DNA of 64,000 bases, taken from assembly GCA_965206745.1 (NCBI GenBank), contig OZ242220.1, forward strand, positions 480,001 through 544,000, read 5' to 3'. Numbering within the stretch: position 1 is the first letter of the stretch; each line of letters opens with the position of its first letter. Below are positions 21,225 through 30,873 of the stretch, in pieces. Made by a program: the position numbers and the translations under genes. The notes beneath the pieces were generated by a model that saw only the letters and a program-made list of their open reading frames with translations, was not told the DNA's origin and did no database searches. This stretch comes from Nitrosopumilus sp. (lineage in GTDB: Archaea; Thermoproteota; Nitrososphaeria; Nitrososphaerales; Nitrosopumilaceae).

Positions 21225-22506
21225 AACTCTGATTCACCATCTTTATCACATCCTTGACTATTCCTTCACATCTCTCTTGGTTATCTGACTCTGCTGAAAC
21301 CCTGATAATATCTTCTGTATTTGACTTTCTGATTAATACCCAGCTGTCCTCATCGATGATCCCCTTGATTCCATCAAGGGTGATCACTTTGGAATAGTCC
21401 TTTGAAAATCTTGATTCCATCCTTTCAATTATTTTATCATGGAATCCTGAGTCAATCTTGACTTTATCTCTGACCTGACTATACCCCTGCATATAGTTTA
21501 ACATCTCATCAAACTTTGAACCTCCAATCATTGATGTAATGAGACCGCTTGCAAGAATTCCCTCCCTGCAATAGTTAAACTCTGGCAGGATAAAGCCCCC
21601 ACTACTCCCCTCGCCTCCTGCCTGTGCGTCATTTTTCAGCAAGAGTTCTATTACATTTGCCTCGCCCACCTTGGATCTCTGGACGGTTCCGCCCTTTTCC
21701 CTGATGAACTTTTCAACTGCGACGCTGGTATCGACACTTAGGACAAACCTTTTGTATCCAAGCTCCAGTGACTTTGCAACGCCCAGACCTAGTGTGACAT
21801 CCGGTGTCTGCTTTATTCCATTTCTAACTATTACCAGCCGATCCCCGTCGAGATCAAATGCAAACCCAATGTCATTTTTACCAGTAGCTGAGATCAACTC
21901 TGACAAACCATCTGATGTCGGATCCGGACCCCGTGAGCATGCAGAGACATCCTCGTTAATCACCCTGACATTACATCCTATCCTCCTTAGCAGTTCTGGG
22001 GCAAAGCCTCTGGCAGCACCTCCGCCTATATCCACTACAACACTCGGCCTGCCTTCTATGTCCCCTATGATCTCTGCAGCATCCTCTATGTATGATGTTG
22101 GGATGTCAGTCTCAGTACCTACTTTGGTCTTTGGAATATCCTGGTGTTCTATGATCCTGGCAAGCTCATCCTCGTTTATTCCACGTCCTTCAACTATGAA
22201 CTTTATCCCGTTCCATTCCAGCGGATTGTGCGATGAGGAGATTACCAATCCTGCACCATAACTTCTTGCCTCCCTGAATATCACTGGTGTTGGGACAGTC
22301 CCCAAATCAAAGACGTCTATCCCGTTTTTCATCAGTGTGGCACTTGCCGCATCCTTTAGCATCGGGCCTGACAGTCTGGTGTCCCTTCCGATGACGCATC
22401 TTTTTGATTCTATCAGTGCTGAAAAATTATTTGAAAATTCCAATACATCCTTCAAGTTGAGGTCCTCTCCGAATATTCCCCTGATCCCCGAAATTGTTTT
22501 TTTCAT
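21208..22506 (-). CDS. phosphomannomutase/phosphoglucomutase family protein
   Basis: SGIRG, SSHNP phosphoserine loop, FDLDGDR metal loop, GGEGSSG, RKSNTE. Confidence 0.92.
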   Translation of the reverse strand: MKKTISGIRGIFGEDLNLKDVLEFSNNFSALIESKRCVIGRDTRLSGPMLKDAASATLMKNGIDVFDLGTVPTPVIFREARSYGAGLVISSSHNPLEWNGIKFIVEGRGINEDELARIIEHQDIPKTKVGTETDIPTSYIEDAAEIIGDIEGRPSVVVDIGGGAARGFAPELLRRIGCNVRVINEDVSACSRGPDPTSDGLSELISATGKNDIGFAFDLDGDRLVIVRNGIKQTPDVTLGLGVAKSLELGYKRFVLSVDTSVAVEKFIREKGGTVQRSKVGEANVIELLLKNDAQAGGEGSSGGFILPEFNYCREGILASGLITSMIGGSKFDEMLNYMQGYSQVRDKVKIDSGFHDKIIERMESRFSKDYSKVITLDGIKGIIDEDSWVLIRKSNTEDIIRVSAESDNQERCEGIVKDVIKMVNQSYEEIR

Positions 22507-22560
22507 TTAGTCCATTATCGGAAAGGCTTTTTATTAACTCTGATGGATTTACTCAAACGT

Positions 22561-22634
22561 GCCTTGGTAGCTCAGCCTGGTAGAGCGAACGCCTCGTAAG
22601 CGTTAGGTCGCGGGTTCGTACCCCGTTCAAGGCT
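22561..22634 (+). tRNA. tRNA-Thr(CGT)
   Basis: Cloverleaf: acceptor GCCTTGG/TCAAGGC, D-arm GCTC/GAGC, anticodon stem AACGC-CTCGTAA-GCGTT, T-arm GCGGG-TTCGTAC-CCCGT. Confidence 0.93.
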
Positions 22635-22825
22635 CTGATTCATTCTATATCATATTGGCAAATTCACTGGTGTCTTGCAATGGTTGTACATGCTCCTTAA
22701 AATTCGGGAAAACTGCTCAATTGAGGATTTCATGGTGCTCCCGACGGCATTTAATTTGGAGCCTAGAATGTTGCACTGGCAGAGAATGTTAGATCTTAGT
22801 GTATTTTCATCTATTTCAATAGTCT

Positions 22826-23050
22826 TTAGGATGCAGATGGTTTACAATGCTCACAATCTTTGTAATTCATACCATGCTCTTTAGCTAAACGTTGTGCTGT
22901 TTCTGTAGCAGTTTGCATGTCTGGTGCTGTAAACCATTCTGTGGTTGTTGCACTGAGGTCTCTTTCTGTATAGTGACCACAATCAATCTTGTGTATTTTG
23001 ATGTCTGTTGCTTTTAGAATATCATGAAAAATTGCGAACATGTCTGACAT
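22826..23050 (-). CDS. small hypothetical protein, possible metal-binding
   Basis: HxxxC near the N-terminus and CxxC at the C-terminus. Confidence 0.55.
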   Translation of the reverse strand: MSDMFAIFHDILKATDIKIHKIDCGHYTERDLSATTTEWFTAPDMQTATETAQRLAKEHGMNYKDCEHCKPSAS

Positions 23051-23269
23051 ACCATATGAATATCGAACTTGGTTAAAAACTTTGTATTGTGCAAAAAATA
23101 TTGGAATTCAAATCAAAGTTGCACTGATTGCATAACTCGACCCGTTAACTAGATCTGTTCACCTGATTTACTCTAATTGCTACCTAGATCATGGTGATGA
23201 TCCAATAGTACTAACTAAATATGTTGAATTGGTGGAATAAGAGAAAATAATTCTTTCACAATCACAAAA

Positions 23270-23869
23270 TTATTCATGAGATCGTATTTTTTCGATTTTA
23301 TTATTTATCACATCTGTTGTGTCTACCATTTGAGCCATCACAATCAACAAGTAATTATTTTTCCATACTGTGGATTCTCCATCTTTCTTTCTCCATGCAA
23401 TTGAATCTAATGAAATATCATAGTCTAGATGACTCAAAGCATTTCTAAAATCCTTAAAGAATACCTTATTCATATTTTCACTTTTTTCTGTGGTATAGAT
23501 TAATTTTTTATAAATTTTTGTTAAATATGTGCCTAATTGATTAATTTCTGGATCAATTTTTTGAGGATCAATAATTGCTTTAAGATAAGTTTTCAATTCT
23601 TCAGAATTTTCTTGCATATGTGACAAATGAAGTTTTTTGTTGAAAGCAATCCATTCGTTTTCTGGAATGAATGTACCCTTTGATTGTTCTTGATGTTGTA
23701 CTATTTTATTTATGGCAGATTGTTTTAAACGATTAATTTCTATTCGATGTCCGAATTCTTCAGCAATTTGTAACCATTCTGGATTGGGAAATTTTAACAA
23801 TCCTGCATTTTCTATATCTGATAAAAATTCTTCGACATCTCTCCTAGTTTTTGTTGTTTCACTCACCAT
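23270..23869 (-). CDS. hypothetical protein, possibly HEPN-like
   Basis: AT-rich 199-aa ORF containing RNALSH (Rx4H), the HEPN-type motif. Confidence 0.55.
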   Translation of the reverse strand: MVSETTKTRRDVEEFLSDIENAGLLKFPNPEWLQIAEEFGHRIEINRLKQSAINKIVQHQEQSKGTFIPENEWIAFNKKLHLSHMQENSEELKTYLKAIIDPQKIDPEINQLGTYLTKIYKKLIYTTEKSENMNKVFFKDFRNALSHLDYDISLDSIAWRKKDGESTVWKNNYLLIVMAQMVDTTDVINNKIEKIRSHE

Positions 23870-24199
23870 AGAATCTTTGATGATTTAGAAGATATTTGTT
23901 TTGATATGATCTAAATAATTATCTTTTATTTTTTAAAAATGTTTTTGAAATTTGTAATTCTAAGTATGTGATTCTAGTCACAAATGGTGATCTTTTTACG
24001 ATTCCCAGTCAGATAGTGATCTAGTGTGAGCTATCACCATACACAAAATCATCTACAACCAGCACAAAATTTCCTAAAAACCCAATCAAAAAATCATAGT
24101 GTGGGCTGCAAATGCTGTAATTCTCAATTCGGATCCTTGTCAAAATTTGGTGATCTGTATGTCTTGCTTCACAAACAATCATCAAAATAATCTTGGCAC

Positions 24200-24430
24200 A
24201 ACTCAGTCTTGTATCTTCAACTGCTGTACTTGATCTCCCTCCTTGAATCTTTGTACCCACATTGAATACCTTGTCTGAGGAATGCAGCATAGTTCTGCTG
24301 TCTCTTCTATCGTCTTTTGTTTTTCTAATACCTTGTGCACTGCAAACATTCCCTGAGCAACCTTGCTGTCTTTTTACAGAACACACTTTTGAAATCTTTG
24401 TCCAGAGTATTCATAAAATGGATATGATGT
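24200..24430 (-). mobile_element. degraded IS630-like transposase N-terminal fragment
   Basis: Minus-strand fragment DSKVAQGMFAVHKVLEKQKTIEETAEL..WVQRFKEG resembles the IS630 HTH N-terminus and the fragments at about 50.7 and 54.5 kb. Boundaries approximate. Confidence 0.5.
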
Positions 24431-24566
24431 GCAGATCTTTCTAATCCTTGTATGATGACATTTGATATCCAGATTAACTTTTACCTGTCACTATAGTTGC
24501 AACCATGTACAAGATATACTGCGAGCTGAGGACATAAATAATATCCATGATTTGCATGATTAGTAA

Positions 24567-25196
24567 ATGAACAGGCAAAAAATACTAGTCACCTGTGTTT
24601 TGATTGTAATAGCAATATCTGTGACAACTTTGGCAATATCAACATCCGAATCCTCGTATGTTTACACTCCATCAGACATCACAAAAGCAAATCCAAATCT
24701 TACAATGGGTAACGGCTTATTCTCTATGATAGACGATATAGCATATGTAAAGGATGATGTGGTATTGTCATTGTCTGGAACCGTATTATCTGTGGGGGAT
24801 CCTGTGGATTGGACGGATCATGAAACCGGTCATGCTATGGGTGATGTACCCGTAACAATTCAGATAGATGAAAAAGGCAAAAATGAAGAATTACATCTGA
24901 AATTAGACAAGGGTGATGAATTCACATTTCATTTAGGCGGAATATATGAACGAGGCCAATACCATATTTGGAATTTTCAACCTCAGTTTGAAATTGGTGA
25001 AAAAGTTATCGTGCACCTCGGTAAGGATGATCTACTAGGTCCGAATGTAGGTGAGGATAATTACCATGTGGCAATAGGCAAGTTTGGAAAGTACAAAATT
25101 ATTGAAGGAAAGGCATACAATGAAAAACATCCGTTTGGCAAATCCGTAACCGGAGCACTTTATGAAACCCTGTGGTTCTCTTGGTTCCCTTTTTAA
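24567..25196 (+). CDS. secreted or membrane-anchored hypothetical protein
   Basis: N-terminal hydrophobic helix; 209-aa ORF. Confidence 0.7.
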   Translation: MNRQKILVTCVLIVIAISVTTLAISTSESSYVYTPSDITKANPNLTMGNGLFSMIDDIAYVKDDVVLSLSGTVLSVGDPVDWTDHETGHAMGDVPVTIQIDEKGKNEELHLKLDKGDEFTFHLGGIYERGQYHIWNFQPQFEIGEKVIVHLGKDDLLGPNVGEDNYHVAIGKFGKYKIIEGKAYNEKHPFGKSVTGALYETLWFSWFPF

Positions 25197-25769
25197 TTTG
25201 GTGTAATCTGTTTTATTGTATGGCTTGGTCCACCTCGATGATAATCTGTCTCCCCGCACAATCTGGTCTCAATCATACTGTGAAGGATCCAATGCCAGTC
25301 CTCCATCCCAATTCCCCTTTGAACCAGTCTGATCATCAATGCAGATATGATTGCTACAAGTCTGTCATTGTAACCATTCTGATTCCCGCACACAGGCATG
25401 AGTAATTTTATGATCTTTGGCTTTTTTTGATTTTCTCAAACTGTAAATCTAAAGATGATTACAGGTAGAGTCATGCAAAGCATCAAAATCTATCTTTTGA
25501 CCAATCTGCCTATCTCCACTACTACAAATTATCCGGATTACTCTTCAACACCTGCAAATCCACAGATCGCAGATTCAAGACTGTTAGTTTTTTAAAATTG
25601 TAATGACTACTAAGCTGATTCATCCAGGGTTTCAATGTCTATCTCTAGCTCTTTTCCCAAACCTTTCCACCATTTTGTTTGTTCTGTCATGTTCCCCTTG
25701 TAATTTACTTGGAATTGTCCTTTATAGATCTGTCGGTTGATCAACAATTGATCAAATACCGACAATATC

Positions 25770-25967
25770 TCAAGACGATCTAGTTTTCTCTTCCTCTTTC
25801 TTGTTCTTGAACTTTCTGTATATGATTATCATAAGAGTCGCACCGGCGCAACCCCAAAACAGATTGGATGTCCCGTTATCTATCCCATACGGCACAAATA
25901 CCCCCACAAAGCCCAACGTCATTATTGCGACAAGAACCAGTCCTATGATCTCTAATAGTTTTGCCAT
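25770..25967 (-). CDS. small membrane protein
   Basis: Two predicted TM helices and a basic tail. Confidence 0.55.
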   Translation of the reverse strand: MAKLLEIIGLVLVAIMTLGFVGVFVPYGIDNGTSNLFWGCAGATLMIIIYRKFKNKKEEEKTRSS

Positions 25968-26024
25968 CTCTCCACCGATCTACCAGAATCAAAAAGATAT
26001 ATGGTTTTGTAAACAAAGCTATCT

Positions 26025-26237
26025 GTGGACAAATACCTGCTAATAGTCATGATCTTCCTCGTTGTAACCATCCCCATCGCGTTTGTCGAGCCATCTAGCG
26101 GTGATATTCGAGACCGTCCTTTCTTTGAACTGATGTGGATTGCAATAGCGGGAATAATCATCATCTTCCTGTATAATGCCCGCAAAGAGGGAAATGAACG
26201 ACGTGCAGCCAATGCAAAGAGAAGATCCAAAAAATAG
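26025..26237 (+). CDS. small membrane protein
   Basis: Two TM helices and an Arg/Lys-rich tail. Confidence 0.6.
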   Translation: MDKYLLIVMIFLVVTIPIAFVEPSSGDIRDRPFFELMWIAIAGIIIIFLYNARKEGNERRAANAKRRSKK

Positions 26238-26238
26238 G

Positions 26239-26526
26239 CTATAATTCGAGTCCGAATGATTCGGCAATACTTGAAAAGTTCACATAAGAGTCCAGATACT
26301 GCCTGCCTTTGGAGGTAATCACAAATGTGTTTTTTCCATCATACTCTATCTTGTTTATCAGGCCCGCACCAGTCAGGTTCTCCAGGAACTTTGAGAGCCT
26401 TGAATGCGACAGATTTGCCTTTGTGAGCAGGGATGTTGTCTTGATGCCCTCTTGGCCGGACTGCTGGGTTGCATCTAGCAGATCTGCGACAATTTGCATG
26501 CTGGTCCTATACGATGCCATATGCAA
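26239..26526 (-). CDS. winged helix-turn-helix transcriptional regulator
   Basis: YRTSMQIVADLL..KANLSHSRL..L..AGLI..ITSKGRQYL. Paralogue of 59731..60018. Confidence 0.85.
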   Translation of the reverse strand: MHMASYRTSMQIVADLLDATQQSGQEGIKTTSLLTKANLSHSRLSKFLENLTGAGLINKIEYDGKNTFVITSKGRQYLDSYVNFSSIAESFGLEL

Positions 26527-26605
26527 TAATACATCAAACTCTGATATAAGCGTATTACCATCGATTCAGATCAAGATAAATAAGCTCTACGACGATCTCC
26601 GTGCA

Positions 26606-27181
26606 ATGTCTTTGATTCCCTGGTTTGATGACTTTGTAGGTGTCGCATACAGGTACTATGATCTGAGGATGAATGTCGCCCCTTTGTTCACTGACAGAAG
26701 GGATGCGGCATCTCTCTGGTATAATACCATCCATCCGTGGGTTGATCCCTCAATTAAGATCCGTTTCCTGGAGATCGATGACAAGTACTGGTTTATCATG
26801 GGTTCTGATTCGCAGAGACCGTCTACGAATGTCTCCTTCTTTAAGGAACTCTCAAAATCTGAAAACTATGAGCGGTTCAAAAAGGGCCATGACGGCGAGG
26901 CGTACCTGAGACTGGGAATATACGCCGATGAATCCCTTGCTGATGCAAAAAAGGACGCAGTGTGTAGCTGCGGCCATGATGCACAGGATCACGATGAGGG
27001 GGACGGCGATATCTGCCTGTTTAACTCGTGTGACTGCAAGAGGTTTTCCAGCTTTCAACTGACCCTGCTAAAGAAGAAGAAGATAATAACTGACATTAAA
27101 TTTCTAAAGGAAGGTGACATACAGAGTGACCCGCTAGTCTGGAACTGTATCAACGCAAACAGGCTTCAGAAACCGGACTAG
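26606..27181 (+). CDS. conserved hypothetical protein with Cys/His cluster
   Basis: Likely start ATG at 26606 (MSLIPWFDDF); the longer ORF overlaps the wHTH gene. Contains CxCGH..H..C..CxC. Confidence 0.65.
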   Translation: MSLIPWFDDFVGVAYRYYDLRMNVAPLFTDRRDAASLWYNTIHPWVDPSIKIRFLEIDDKYWFIMGSDSQRPSTNVSFFKELSKSENYERFKKGHDGEAYLRLGIYADESLADAKKDAVCSCGHDAQDHDEGDGDICLFNSCDCKRFSSFQLTLLKKKKIITDIKFLKEGDIQSDPLVWNCINANRLQKPD

Positions 27182-27396
27182 TCCAGATCCTTGTTTACCC
27201 TGACATGCTCGCCAGGATAGTATTCGTTGAGCTGCTTTGAGTAGCACTTGCCGCATAGCGTGCCGTCGATATTCCACTCCTCCATGGCCTTGAAACGAAG
27301 GCTTACCTGCTCACTGCAGATTGTGCATTTTTCACTCTTACCCAAAGTGAACCTGCTCTCTTTGTTGGATATAAAAAACATTCCCGAACCGATCAC
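27178..27396 (-). CDS. small zinc-finger protein
   Basis: CTIC...CGKC. The true start is probably downstream of 27396. Confidence 0.6.
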   Translation of the reverse strand: MIGSGMFFISNKESRFTLGKSEKCTICSEQVSLRFKAMEEWNIDGTLCGKCYSKQLNEYYPGEHVRVNKDLD

Positions 27397-27504
27397 GCTT
27401 TGGGAAAAATTATGTTAAATATTACCCGTTTATACCCAATTTGGGTACGTCTGACCAATGTAAACCTCCTGCAAGATTTTTACTTGGTTGGACTGCCTTT
27501 CCAA

Positions 27505-29256
27505 TCAGAACAGGCTCGATGCGAGCTTTTTTAGTGCCAAAATCTCATCTTCTTCCTGCCTTATCTTCTTGTCCACTACCCGGAGCATCGAGTCATTCCA
27601 CACGTGCTGGGAGAAGAAATTGTGCTTGGTGTTGGCAATCTCTATCTCGTCATCCACTACTGTATCCTCAAGAAACTTTGTCACAACGACGTCAGTTATC
27701 CTCAGAATCCTCGAGTTTAGCTTGAAACTGTGAAAGATCGGCTCGAGCTTTCTCACGTCGGTCTTAAAGTCCCCCTTTGACTCTAGAATTTTCTTGTGCA
27801 GGATTCTAAAGTACACTGCGACAAAGAACAGCGTGGCGTATCTCTTTGTCTTGTGTCCGCCCTGCTTTCCGTACTTTAGTGATTTTTTTGCAAACTCTTT
27901 GACCAGATACGGATACAGCAGGATTCGATAGTCGTCCTTGAGGTTGTCGTTGAATACGTCATCATACTTTCTTCCCCTTGGGAGGAACTGTGCAGGCGAG
28001 CTGTACGCTTCAGTCGGCCTCTGCTCAATTCCTGCAACTAGCGACTGTATTGCATCCTTTGCGACGATGACCCTCTTGTGGTTGTCTGGAAGATAGCTGT
28101 TGTATGCAGGGTCCCCCTCGTACTCGCTCTGCTTTGACTTTGTCTTTGTATCAAAGGAGCCTGCCTGAATCTCATAAAAGTAACCGGAATTTTTAAGCTG
28201 CGACTTTATTGACTTGTGAAAGTCCATAAGCGAGACCAGATCCTTTCCCCTGACTGAGTTTTGCGAGTTTCTGTACTTTGTAATGTTGTTCTGCTCCTGC
28301 TCGTCATCTGCCTTGATTATGGTAACTGTCATGGAGCCGTCCATGTTCTTTGTCCTCTTTGAGTGATCCAGGATGGAGTTTGATGTCTGTGCACCGTTGA
28401 CTATTTGTGGTGCGTGCAGCTCTATTAGATTCTCGCCAAGCTCTGCAAAGTCACTTACCACGATGGTTATCCCGTTATTGTAAAAGAAGAACTTGTCGGG
28501 ATTGCTCTGCAATGTCTCCCTCAGACCCTTGTTTACTGTTGTCTTAAACTGCATCCACTGCCTGATGTTTGACTCAAATACATAGTCCCGGTTCTTGCTT
28601 ACAAATTCGGTGAGTTCGCGCAGCTTTAATATTCCAAGGATGGTATTTTCATGCCTTAGCATCCTCTCTAGCTTTATCGATGACTTTTTTCCCGCTGCCG
28701 GCTTTTTTATCCTGTCCCACAGTTTCTGGATTATCACCTTTTGATCAATTATCTCTACCAGGTCATCAGCATAGTCCACCTTTTGGTCAGTAACATAGCA
28801 GCACTTTATCTTTAGGTTCTTCTCCTTTATCTTTGTGACAAGCTGGGCAAGCTCGGGCCTCATCTTTATGACGTCCTTTCCAAGCAGCCTCTGCACGTCT
28901 TCCTTGAACTTTGCAATGGCCTCCAGGGAATGCGATGTCCCGTACTTTGACTGGAAGAGCCTGATGGTGTTGTCTGAAAAGTCCACTGGAAGGTATGCGT
29001 CAATCCCGAGATCGTTTGCCCCATCCAGAATTGCATCTGCTGCATCATCTTCAGTGGCCTCAAAGACCCTTGTTAGAATCCACTGGAGAAAGTTGTTGCC
29101 CTTTTCGACCTCGCTTTTTGAGTTTTGGGCATACTCGTGGATGCTCTCCTGTATGTTCTCTGCAAACCCCTCTAGGGGTGGACTGGAGTTTTTCTGGACT
29201 AGCAGCGTGTGGGAGCCTGGTATGTACTCTAGCAGGCCGTTTCCGTTTTGAGTCAA
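27505..29256 (-). CDS. AIPR family protein
   Basis: DGANDLGID..FQSKY nuclease-like N-domain; FESNIR, FFFYNNGITIV and QIVNGAQTS AIPR motifs. Confidence 0.88.
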   Translation of the reverse strand: MTQNGNGLLEYIPGSHTLLVQKNSSPPLEGFAENIQESIHEYAQNSKSEVEKGNNFLQWILTRVFEATEDDAADAILDGANDLGIDAYLPVDFSDNTIRLFQSKYGTSHSLEAIAKFKEDVQRLLGKDVIKMRPELAQLVTKIKEKNLKIKCCYVTDQKVDYADDLVEIIDQKVIIQKLWDRIKKPAAGKKSSIKLERMLRHENTILGILKLRELTEFVSKNRDYVFESNIRQWMQFKTTVNKGLRETLQSNPDKFFFYNNGITIVVSDFAELGENLIELHAPQIVNGAQTSNSILDHSKRTKNMDGSMTVTIIKADDEQEQNNITKYRNSQNSVRGKDLVSLMDFHKSIKSQLKNSGYFYEIQAGSFDTKTKSKQSEYEGDPAYNSYLPDNHKRVIVAKDAIQSLVAGIEQRPTEAYSSPAQFLPRGRKYDDVFNDNLKDDYRILLYPYLVKEFAKKSLKYGKQGGHKTKRYATLFFVAVYFRILHKKILESKGDFKTDVRKLEPIFHSFKLNSRILRITDVVVTKFLEDTVVDDEIEIANTKHNFFSQHVWNDSMLRVVDKKIRQEEDEILALKKLASSLF

Positions 29257-29290
29257 TTACGCCTTCTGATATGTTATATATTTAGAGGAT

Positions 29291-29725
29291 TTGGTATTGT
29301 GTAATAACTCTGGAAAAGGAGATGATATGATAAAAATAATAATGATAATTGGAATTGTTGCAGTAGCTGTGGTCGGCCTTGCAGCATATGGTTTGTCGGT
29401 GGATATTCCACAAGACCCTAAAGTTGCTGTTACAGGCGATGTCATCATGCCCTCAAAGGCCTCCCGTCCCGGATGCGAGGATGACGACATGTGTTACATT
29501 CCGTCTGTGATTGCAGTTGGTCCGGGGAATACTGTCACCTGGGTAAATGAGGACTCTGCGTTTCACAGTGTTACCTCTGGATCCTATGATGAGCCCACTG
29601 ACCTGTTTGATAGCGGGTATCTGGATCCGCTTGAGCCATTTACCTTTAACTTTGATGAGTTAGGAACCTATGATTATTTCTGCACCCTTCACCCTTGGAT
29701 GAAGGGACAGGTCGTGGTAGGGTGA
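29291..29725 (+). CDS. cupredoxin (plastocyanin/azurin family) blue copper protein
   Basis: VTWVNEDSAFHSVTSG and YFCTLHPWMKG type-1 Cu ligands. Confidence 0.92.
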   Translation: MVLCNNSGKGDDMIKIIMIIGIVAVAVVGLAAYGLSVDIPQDPKVAVTGDVIMPSKASRPGCEDDDMCYIPSVIAVGPGNTVTWVNEDSAFHSVTSGSYDEPTDLFDSGYLDPLEPFTFNFDELGTYDYFCTLHPWMKGQVVVG

Positions 29726-30117
29726 CTCGGAGGATGTCTAAACTCTCTTGGATGATCTTTGCAGAGTGTTATTCTGCTAGAGCACCTGATGAATCATTTG
29801 TTTGGTTTATGATTCAATGCTATGACCCGTTACTGAAGAAAATAGTTTGATCTGATTTTGAAATATAGTTGAAATCCACACGGTATCATTGCATGCAAAA
29901 AAGATGTTACTTGTGATCAATCCAATTTGATGCACTTGTATGATAAAAATTTCTGTCTTTATGTCCAAGACGCATCAAAAAATAATAGAATTTGTTATAT
30001 GATGGCAAGCAAAATTTCATCAGAATGGATCTAGTTATTTACCTTAAACTAAAACAATAAAGACAAGGACAAATTTTTGATTATAACTATAATTCTGTAC
30101 AAATTCCCAGATTGGAG

Positions 30118-30873
30118 TTAATTTTTTATTATGTTTTTTAATTTTGTATTGGACTGACAATTCCACTCAAAATAACTTAATATTCTTTGATTCAATTCTT
30201 CCTTGCTTTGTCTCCATTTTGGATATGCATGCTCTAAAATACTGAGAAATCTTTCGTTATGTTTTCTTTCTTTAAGATGTACTAATTCATGTACAAACAC
30301 ATAGTCTATACAGTACAATGGTTGTTTTGCCAACTCTAAGTTAAGCCATATTCGTTTATCTTTGATATTGCATGTTCCCCACTTTGTCTTCATTTTTTTA
30401 ATTTTAACCTCTTTTACCTTAACTCCAACTTTCTTCTCCCATTTTTTGAGTAATTTAGGAATGATTTTTTCTAATTCATCACGATAAAATTTTTCAAATA
30501 TCTTTTGTTTTTGATAAATTGTTGTCTTTGGTTTGGTTGTTAGTTTAATGGATGTTTTTTTAGTAATCTTGATTTCTGGTTTTTCTTCATTTTTTTGTAC
30601 GGTTAATTGATATTTTTTACCAAAAATGTAATGACTTTCACCGCTAACATATTCTCTTTTTGTCTGTCTTTCTTGCTTTGAAAATCTTTCTTTTTGTTTT
30701 TTTAACCATGTAGCTTTTGTTATGAGAAATATTCTGAGAGTTTCATCATTTGTTGCAAGTGGAACAGATACCCTAATTCTTCCATCCGGAGGATATACCC
30801 CGAGATGAATATTCTTAATGTCTTTTCTTATTGTCTCTATTTGCAAATTAGATATCTTGAATCTAGTAGCCAT
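30118..30873 (-). CDS. M48/YgjP (DUF45) family metallopeptidase-like protein
   Basis: KMKTKWGTC, YVFVHELVH..HNERF. Follows hsdR. Confidence 0.88.
   Translation of the reverse strand: MATRFKISNLQIETIRKDIKNIHLGVYPPDGRIRVSVPLATNDETLRIFLITKATWLKKQKERFSKQERQTKREYVSGESHYIFGKKYQLTVQKNEEKPEIKITKKTSIKLTTKPKTTIYQKQKIFEKFYRDELEKIIPKLLKKWEKKVGVKVKEVKIKKMKTKWGTCNIKDKRIWLNLELAKQPLYCIDYVFVHELVHLKERKHNERFLSILEHAYPKWRQSKEELNQRILSYFEWNCQSNTKLKNIIKN

Noticed and set aside
25193-25430. Minus-strand PVCG..YNDRLV fragment resembling a TnpB zinc-ribbon remnant.
   Set aside because: Too short and degenerate; no RuvC motifs or IS ends recognisable.
29721-29750. GGTGACTCGGAGGATGTCTAAACTCTCTTG loosely resembles the tRNA-Cys 3' end as seen on the plus strand (GGTACCCGAGGGAGTCGAACCCCCTTG) at the far edge of R-M island 1, so it could be an att relic.
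   Set aside because: The alignment needs several gaps and mismatches and overlaps the cupredoxin stop codon; it cannot be distinguished from chance by eye.
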